A program made the translations under genes and the position numbers. A DNA stretch of 64,000 nucleotides, from contig CAVRBU010000002.1 of the NCBI GenBank assembly GCA_963719315.1, positions 1,024,001 through 1,088,000 on the forward strand, in the 5' to 3' direction. The notes under the pieces are model-generated. The model saw only the letters and a program-made list of their open reading frames with translations, did not search any database and was not told where the DNA came from. Positions 57,521-64,000 of this stretch are shown piece by piece (within the stretch, counting starts at the first letter, position 1; each line of letters opens with the position of its first letter). Source of the stretch: an uncultured Planctomycetota bacterium. GTDB taxonomy: Bacteria > Planctomycetota > Planctomycetia > Pirellulales > Lacipirellulaceae.

Positions 57521-58558
57521 CTACGGCGACTTTCCCGATGGTGGTTCCCCAGGAATCAGACTGGAGAAAACTATCGTTTTGCCTTCGGGCGACCAGGCAG
57601 GGTTCGTGTTGCTGAACTCGGCGCTTTGGCCAACCAAAGGTTTGGGCGGGGTGCCGCTATCCACATCGAACATGTACAGTTGATGCAATTCCTCCGCTCC
57701 CAGCCACGATCCCGATATTTGTTTTTCGGGAGACTGGCTGGCGAACACGATACGCTTGCCATCGGGCGACCACGATGCGTGGTGAAACGTCCCCGCCGGC
57801 AGGATGTTCCTAATGGAAGTTTGCATGGTCTGCTCGTCGAGCGCCGCTAGCCACACGCCGCCCGAGTCTTCGCCAAAGCAGATGTGGTGGCCGTCGGGCG
57901 AGAAGGAAAAGCCGGGCTGCATCGAGTGAGGCGGGCGAAGAATACTGTGTTCCCGGCCCGTGGCCAAATCGAAAAGGGCCAGTCCGCGATCGATGCCGAT
58001 GACGGCGATGCGGTTTCCGCGCCGCAACCAGCGCGGGCTCCCCCAATGATTGAGAATCGTCTCGCGGCCGCTGCCGTCGGCGTTCATGACGACAATCGTT
58101 TGCGGGCTATCGTAAGTATGGATGACGAGGTGCGTGCCGTCTGGCGACCAGCTTGGCATGCTGCCCGGTCCCAGGAGACGAAAGCCCGTGCCGTCGGCGC
58201 GAATCAAGGCGACTTGGGACGCAGTCAGTTCTTGGTCAACACGCCGTGTGTCGAAGGCGACCATCGAGCCATCGGGCGACCACTGAGCTGACCCACAACT
58301 ATAACCGGGCGTCTTGCCAAACAGAGCCAGGCCGGTGCCATCCGGAGTGATTTTCCAAAGTTGCCACTGGGGCAGATCTGGTGGGAGGGTGAGTAGTGAG
58401 AGTTCAGTCTGCGCAGAGCCGCTCGACGACTCGCGAGTAAGTTGATTTGGCTGGCTTACGGTTTGCGTTGCGCTCGGCTCGGCGAATATTGCGAATGCCA
58501 ATACTGCGACCCAGAATTGACGGCAGTCGAGGCCGGTGGTGGCACCCCGCGATTTCAT
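57521..58558 (-). CDS. TolB-like (PD40) beta-propeller protein
   Basis: Repeated WSPDG..IVF motifs; signal peptide. Confidence 0.85.
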   Translation of the reverse strand: MKSRGATTGLDCRQFWVAVLAFAIFAEPSATQTVSQPNQLTRESSSGSAQTELSLLTLPPDLPQWQLWKITPDGTGLALFGKTPGYSCGSAQWSPDGSMVAFDTRRVDQELTASQVALIRADGTGFRLLGPGSMPSWSPDGTHLVIHTYDSPQTIVVMNADGSGRETILNHWGSPRWLRRGNRIAVIGIDRGLALFDLATGREHSILRPPHSMQPGFSFSPDGHHICFGEDSGGVWLAALDEQTMQTSIRNILPAGTFHHASWSPDGKRIVFASQSPEKQISGSWLGAEELHQLYMFDVDSGTPPKPLVGQSAEFSNTNPAWSPEGKTIVFSSLIPGEPPSGKSP

Positions 58559-58724
58559 GAGCTTTTCAGCTTTTCGATTTCCTGTTGGGCGGTAGCAAGG
58601 TCGGCTTCCAGTTGACGGACTTCGCCCGGGTCGTCCATCTGCTTCCGGCGCCGGCCAGCCGTTGTTGGATGTCGTTTACTTTCTTGCGTAGGAGCTCGAT
58701 GCGTTTCTGGGCTTTTTTCTCCAT
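58555..58724 (-). CDS. Small coiled-coil protein (frameshift ~58648)
   Basis: MEKKAQKRIELLRKK...LAGA then shifted RKQMDDPGEVRQLEADL...LKSS*, with the stop overlapping the next ATG. Confidence 0.65.
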
Positions 58725-58764
58725 TGGAGTATTGTCCGTCGTGCGTTGTCTGTTGCAGGGCAGC

Positions 58765-59328
58765 CTAGTTGGCTGGCGCGTTCGTGGGGGCGAAGAGTTG
58801 TGGCGCGCCTGCGGAGTCAACTTTTCGCACGCGTGGGTAGGTTCGCAGCACGCTGCCAAGCATCACTGTAATGATGCCGAGGATCAGACAGACGCTCAGC
58901 CACATCCGCCACTTTTCGCGAATCGCGTCGGCCGCAGCGGTGCGACCGGCCAAGAGTGCCGCGAGGAGGAATACCACAATCGCAGCCATCATCTTCATGC
59001 CGGCGATCATATGGTACGACGACGCCAACCGCTCGTGCTGTTTGATGATCATCGTATAGTTGAAGATTCCGGTAATGAGCAGCAGCGCCGTCGCGATGCC
59101 GACCCACTTGGCCCATGCGGCGCGGCGACCGCCGAAGAGATGGTCGACCGGTGCCGTGCCCGGCGGAGCATTGGTCGGTGAGATGATATTTCGGATGTAG
59201 AACAGACCTCCGACAAGGATGATCGCGCCCAGGATGTGGCAAATGCGCGATAACAGCAGTAGCCAGTACATGCCGTCGAGTTGCGGCATCGTCGATTGTT
59301 GAGCGACCAGCAACATTGATTCGGTCAT
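58765..59328 (-). CDS. Four-TM membrane protein (CopD-like)
   Basis: SRICHILGAIILVGG, LLITGIFN, YHMIAGMK. Confidence 0.7.
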   Translation of the reverse strand: MTESMLLVAQQSTMPQLDGMYWLLLLSRICHILGAIILVGGLFYIRNIISPTNAPPGTAPVDHLFGGRRAAWAKWVGIATALLLITGIFNYTMIIKQHERLASSYHMIAGMKMMAAIVVFLLAALLAGRTAAADAIREKWRMWLSVCLILGIITVMLGSVLRTYPRVRKVDSAGAPQLFAPTNAPAN

Positions 59329-59343
59329 CGGTGATTCCTTTCA

Positions 59344-59483
59344 GATAGGGTGGACGATGCCCACCAATCGACCGCACGGCGTAGTGGGAATTGGGTGGCA
59401 TGCCTTCGCCGCCGGGCGGCGTAGGCATGTAATGCTCCAACAAAAACATGCCTACGCGGCTTGGGCCACGAGAACATGACACC
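59344..59483. repeat. REP-like palindromes
   Basis: GATAGGGTGGACGATGCCCACC, and CATGCCTTCGCCGCCgGGCGGCGTAGGCATG with a degenerate inverted partner. Confidence 0.65.
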
Positions 59484-59493
59484 TCCGGACACT

Positions 59494-60741
59494 TTATGGT
59501 AACGATTTGTCTTCGTCGCGCAAACGGTCGGTGAAGGCCAGCGCCTCGGCGCGGGTGCGAATTTCGCCGTTGAGCTGTGCATCTCGGACGCATTCCAGCA
59601 GGCTAGCGAAGTGTGGACCGGGCTTAAGGCCGTGTGCGATCAGGGCGGAGCCATCGATGAGCGGCGGCGGATTAAGGCGTTCCGCGGGCCAGGCTAACCG
59701 CTCGCGACAAAAATCAAGGGCCGAATCTGCGGAACCGGCCATTGCCTCGTGCAGCGCGATGAGTTCGGCGGCGCCTTCGTGGGTCAGCAGCCGTTGCAAG
59801 CGGGGCCAGGGAAGTTGCGCGGCCTCGGCGATCGCGGGGCGGTTCGCCAGCAGCCAGCCGGTGCGCTCGATTTCTTTGTTGGTGTAGCGAAGCCGGCGGC
59901 CGAGTGAAACGGGGAATGAGGAATGGGGAGTGGGGAGTGATGCGAGGAGCACGGCTAACGCGAGCGGCAGTGTTGGTTTCTGGAGAGCGGCCAAAATGCC
60001 TGCGGTTTCGTTGAACGCGGCGGAGGGCAGTGCGGCAACCTCAGGTAGTACGTGCGGCAGAAGTTTGGTGTCCCGCAGTAAGGCGAGCGCCGTTGCGCGG
60101 TTCGCATCGATCAGCATCCGGCGGATTTCCTTGCCGATGCGTTCGGCGCTGACGGTGTTGATGTCGGCGGCCATCTCTTGAATCGCGCGCAGCGTTTCCG
60201 GTTCGATTTCGAATCGCAGGACCGCGGCGAAGCGGACGGCCCGCAGCATCCGGAGTTTGTCCTCGCCAAGCCGCAAGCATGGGCTGCCGATGGCGCGGAT
60301 GGTGCCGCGTTTTAGATCGTCCTGGCCGCCCACATAGTCGACGACTTGCTCGGAGATTGGATCGTAAAACAGGCCGTTGATCGTGAAGTCGCGGCGTTGG
60401 GCGTCGTGTTCGGCCGTGGTGAAGTGGACGCTATCCGGCCGCCGGCCGTCGCTGTAGGCGGCGTCAGCACGAAACGTGGCAACCTCAATCTGGCCGGCCG
60501 CCCGCGGGCCGAGCACGGTCACCACGCCGAACGCCGCGCCGATCGGCAGCGTGCGACGGTGGCCAAATAGATCGCGAACCTGGTCCGGCGTTGCGCTGGT
60601 CGCGACATCGTAATCTTTGGGCGTAATGCCCAGCAATTCGTCGCGCACGCAGCCGCCTGCCCACAACGATTCGTAACCCGCCGCGCGCAGCTTCTCGGCA
60701 ATTTCTCGAGCGAACGCGCGTTGGCGGGCGGGGTCGGGCAT
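59494..60741 (-). CDS. CCA tRNA nucleotidyltransferase / poly(A) polymerase family
   Basis: GGCVRD..LG..PKDYDVAT, EVATFR, RRDFTIN, EDKLRMLRAVRF, SAERI. Confidence 0.93.
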   Translation of the reverse strand: MPDPARQRAFAREIAEKLRAAGYESLWAGGCVRDELLGITPKDYDVATSATPDQVRDLFGHRRTLPIGAAFGVVTVLGPRAAGQIEVATFRADAAYSDGRRPDSVHFTTAEHDAQRRDFTINGLFYDPISEQVVDYVGGQDDLKRGTIRAIGSPCLRLGEDKLRMLRAVRFAAVLRFEIEPETLRAIQEMAADINTVSAERIGKEIRRMLIDANRATALALLRDTKLLPHVLPEVAALPSAAFNETAGILAALQKPTLPLALAVLLASLPTPHSSFPVSLGRRLRYTNKEIERTGWLLANRPAIAEAAQLPWPRLQRLLTHEGAAELIALHEAMAGSADSALDFCRERLAWPAERLNPPPLIDGSALIAHGLKPGPHFASLLECVRDAQLNGEIRTRAEALAFTDRLRDEDKSLP

Positions 60742-60746
60742 TAAAG

Positions 60747-60783
60747 AGGGTTTAGGGTTCAGGGTTTAGGGTTCAGGGTTCAG
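60747..60783. repeat. Heptamer (AGGGTTY)n tandem array
   Basis: AGGGTTT AGGGTTC AGGGTTT AGGGTTC AGGGTTC. Confidence 0.85.
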
Positions 60784-63700
60784 AATCGAAATTCGTGGTG
60801 GCCGGATCGCGTAAGGTTTCTTCAATGGCTTCGTTTACCATCTCAACCGCGCGGCGGCGGGCGGCGGCGTTCCAGGGGATTGTCTTTTCAATGCCGAGTC
60901 GCAGCAGTTCTAGTATCAATTCCGTCGGCGACTCGCCGAGCGCCTGCTCGGCGGCCATCGCGTAGACGAATAATTGCATCTCGTAACCTTGGGTGACGTG
61001 CTCAATTTCGGCGGGCCGGACGTCGTTGGTTTTGTAATCGACGATCCGCCACGCGCCGGCGGAATCTTGGTAGAGGCAATCGATGTAACCGCGGATGCAA
61101 CGATGGCTGTTGTCGGGTGGCTGGGGGCTCGCCTGCGGCTCGACCCCAGCCACCCCGTGCGGCGGCCACGCGAGCAGGAATTCAATTTCTCGGTGCAGCG
61201 CTTTGGCGTTTGCCAACGCTCGACCGCGCGGTGAGACGGCGAACCGCGCGATCATCGCGCTCGCTGCGTGGGCGGCTTCGTCCGCATTCTGAACGACATA
61301 TTGCGAGGCCAAATGTTCGCACCAATCGGCGATTTCGGCGTCAACTACACTGCTGTCGAACGCTATTCGAGCCAGAACATCATGGGTCAACGAGCCAAGA
61401 CCGCGGGGATCGAGCAAGGGCTTCGCTTCGGAGGCACCGCCTGACGAGCCAGCAGTGGCACCCGTGTAAGCCCCGGTAGTACCCATACCACTCGACGACA
61501 CCAGCTTTCCACTCAGTCGCGAGAACGAAAACTGGCGGCGGGCGGCGCGATCGACGGGGATCGGACCGATGGTTTCCGGCACGATGCCTCGCCCAGCGCC
61601 CGCGAGCTCGTGCGCGTCGGCGAGCATCCGCGGCAGATCGGGCCCGCGCGAACGGCCGACCGGTCTTTGAGCGGCCGGCGGCGGCGCGATGTGGACGTGC
61701 GGCCGTTCGTAGTCGTCCGGCAATGGACCGGCTAATTCGCCCGTTTCCAGATTGAAGTGATCGGCAAGCAGCTTCATCCAATCGCCCTTGAGGTTGTCGA
61801 GTGCATCGACGCTGCTGGAAAGAAGCAGGTAATCGGCAGCCCGAGTGCAGGCAACGTACAATAGGCGTTTTCGTTCTTCGAGTTCCGCCGTCCGCTCGGC
61901 GGCGGCGAACAAACTCATGCCCGTGGCTTTCTCCTCGCGGCTTTCATCTTGGGGAATGCGAACGAGCGGTCCGAGCTCGTCATCGAGCGCGGCAACTGGC
62001 CCGCCCGGGCGCGGCGGCCGATCCAGATCGGGGAGGATCACGAAAGGAAATTCCAACCCCTTCGCGCGATGGATCGTCATCAGGCGGATCACGTCGGCCG
62101 ATTCGGCGCTCGTCGAGGCAAGAGGCTCCTTGGGCGGCTCGGCAATGTACTCCGAAAGCTGCGCGATGAAATCGTGGAGGTCATGGCGGTTCTGGTCGGC
62201 TGTGCGCGCGTGCTCGATCAACTTGTGCAAGTTGGCCAGCTTGCGCTCGCCGAGGAACTCAGTGAGCAGTACGGCATCGTAACCAGTAAGGTCGAGGGCC
62301 TCGTTCAGCAATTCCGCGATCGTGACAATGTTCTTGATCGCGCGGAGGCGGCCCATCGTCCGCGCAGCAGAGACGACCTTGGCCCGTTCGTCGTCGGTCA
62401 ACTCGACCGGCAACGGTTCGGCGAATAACCCCGCGTTGAGACTGCCGCCCCGTTCGACGAGCCAAAACAGCGACTCATCGGCAAGCGCGAAAAAGGGGCT
62501 GCGGAGCACGCCTGCCAGACTGATTTCATCGGCCGAACTCGCTATGGCTCGCAGCAGGTTGAGCACGTCGAAGACTTCTTGCTGGGCGTAAAACGCGTGG
62601 CCGCCGACGAGGTAGTATTCGAGGCCTTGCTCGCGGAGAGCTTCTTCGTACAATCGCACGTCGCTCAGCGCACGGAACAAAACCGCGACATCGCCGGGCT
62701 TCAGCCGGCGCGGCCGGCCAGTGACTTTGTCCACGATTGGGGCTTCTTCGCACGTATCTTCAAGCAATTGACGGAGACGGCGAGCGATGGCTGCGGCTTC
62801 CTGCCGGCGGGCCTCTTCGACGCTGACTTTTCCACGATTCTGTTCGTCCCGCGGCACCGTCCAAAGAAACTCGACGGCGGGCGCGTCGCTCGCCTGCTCG
62901 AGTTGCGGCTGCAAGGCCTCGTAGTCCTGAAACGTGTCGTGAAATAGAGCGTTTACGAAGTGCAACACGCCGGGCTGGCTGCGGAAGTTGTGCGTGAGAT
63001 GCAAGCGACCGGCGTCGGGCACTTGGCTGCGGAGCTTCAGGAACTCCGGCGGCACGGCGCCGCGGAAGCGGTAGATCGATTGTTTGAAGTCTCCGACGAA
63101 AAACAACCTGCCTTCCTCGAATCCTGTGCCGCAAATCATCTTGATGAGCTCGACCTGCTGCGGATCGGTGTCTTGAAACTCATCTACTAGCAGCAGTCGA
63201 AGATCCTTGGAAATGGCATCGCGAACAGCAGACTTGTTGGGGTCCGCAAGCAGTCGATGGGCGAGGGCGAGTTGATCGCTAAAATCGAGCTTGGCCAAAA
63301 GTTGCTTGCGTCGCTGAAACGCTGCGGCAACGTCGCCCGCCAGGTGAAGTAGCTTCTGGCCCAGCAGGGCGGCCTCGAAGGCCGTCGCATCGTCCAACGA
63401 TAACGGGCGGCTCTTTTTGATCGCTTCGCGCAGCTTTTCACACGCGGCCTGGTAGACCTTAAAATCGTCGGGCGTCGGCCAATCTTCTGTTTTGCACATG
63501 CCTTTCACGCGCAAAATCGTTGATGGCTTTGAGATCGGCTTCGGTAATGCGATCGGGTTGCTTTTGCAGCCGAGTCAACAAGTCGGTCAGAGTAGCAATG
63601 GCGTCGGTAAACTTCTTATTGGCGGCGGTCGGCGTTGCGATCGACAGTAGACGCAGCATCTCTCGCGGCGGCGCTTTTTCAACGATCGCTTCCACTGACA

Positions 63701-64000
63701 AGCGAATTGAGTCTCGCTCGTTGCGTGCCTTCCATGCAGCAACCATTTCCTTTGCTTTGGCCGGTTGGCCGGGCCGATCTGCCAGCCAGTGTCCGAACGC
63801 GGGCCGGTGACATTGGTCCACCAGCAGCACTACGCGCTGCTTCAACTGCGCCAATTGGCGAAACTCGGCTGCCAGGTCGAGCGTGTCGCCGTCCTGTGTG
63901 GCCAGGCGCTGGCGGAGCACGTCGTCGATCACTTCCTGCAAAAGGGCATCGGCTTCGCTTTGTTCTAACACCCCAAATGTGGGGTCTAGGCCGGCCTCCG
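60773..64000 (-). CDS. addA: AddA-like UvrD helicase with C-terminal PD-(D/E)xK nuclease (5' partial, frameshift ~63510)
   Basis: LVDEFQDT, VGDFKQSIYRFRGA, NFRS, MTIHRAKGLEF, LLYVACTRA, RGYIDCL...VDYKT. Confidence 0.88.

Noticed and set aside
60747..60783. TTTAGGG-like telomeric repeat
   Set aside because: Only about five units between bacterial genes; it fits the local heptamer-array class.

Overview
A GC-rich bacterial window, most likely Planctomycetota (Pirellulales-like). The assignment rests on PEP-CTERM proteins with 'GDYNxDGxVDAADYVxWR' dockerin-like tails, a DUF1559 fragment and an 'ELEPRRL' surface protein. Scattered single-base frameshifts, including one in the essential tyrS, suggest long-read indel errors. 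The left half is accessory. It opens with an IS66 end inserted in nagB and a cluster of PEP-CTERM genes, one carrying a 114-bp MITE. Next is a roughly 14.5 kb satellite/IME-like island integrated at tRNA-Ser(TGA). The island carries an integrase, an XRE regulator, a P4-type primase-DUF3987 replicase, an excisionase and a type I R-M locus. A three-gene cassette (TIGR04255-like, unknown, putative ADP-ribosyltransferase-like) sits between hsdR and hsdS and is the best candidate for an undescribed defence system. A decayed gene mosaic, a BNR glycosidase/YidR/SSS/PhyH catabolic cluster and an IS701 follow. The right half is mostly core genome: clpB, dnaK (with a sigma54-like promoter), pheA, tpiA, secG, yicC, gmk, rpoZ, split coaC/coaB, ispD, tyrS, an ABC module, WD40, a large SdrD-B/FG-GAP adhesin, LRR, TolB-like, a CCA-adding enzyme and an AddA-like helicase-nuclease. 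Palindromic short-tandem and REP-like repeats occur throughout, several in-frame inside genes. All family assignments come from motif recognition by eye; no database search was run.
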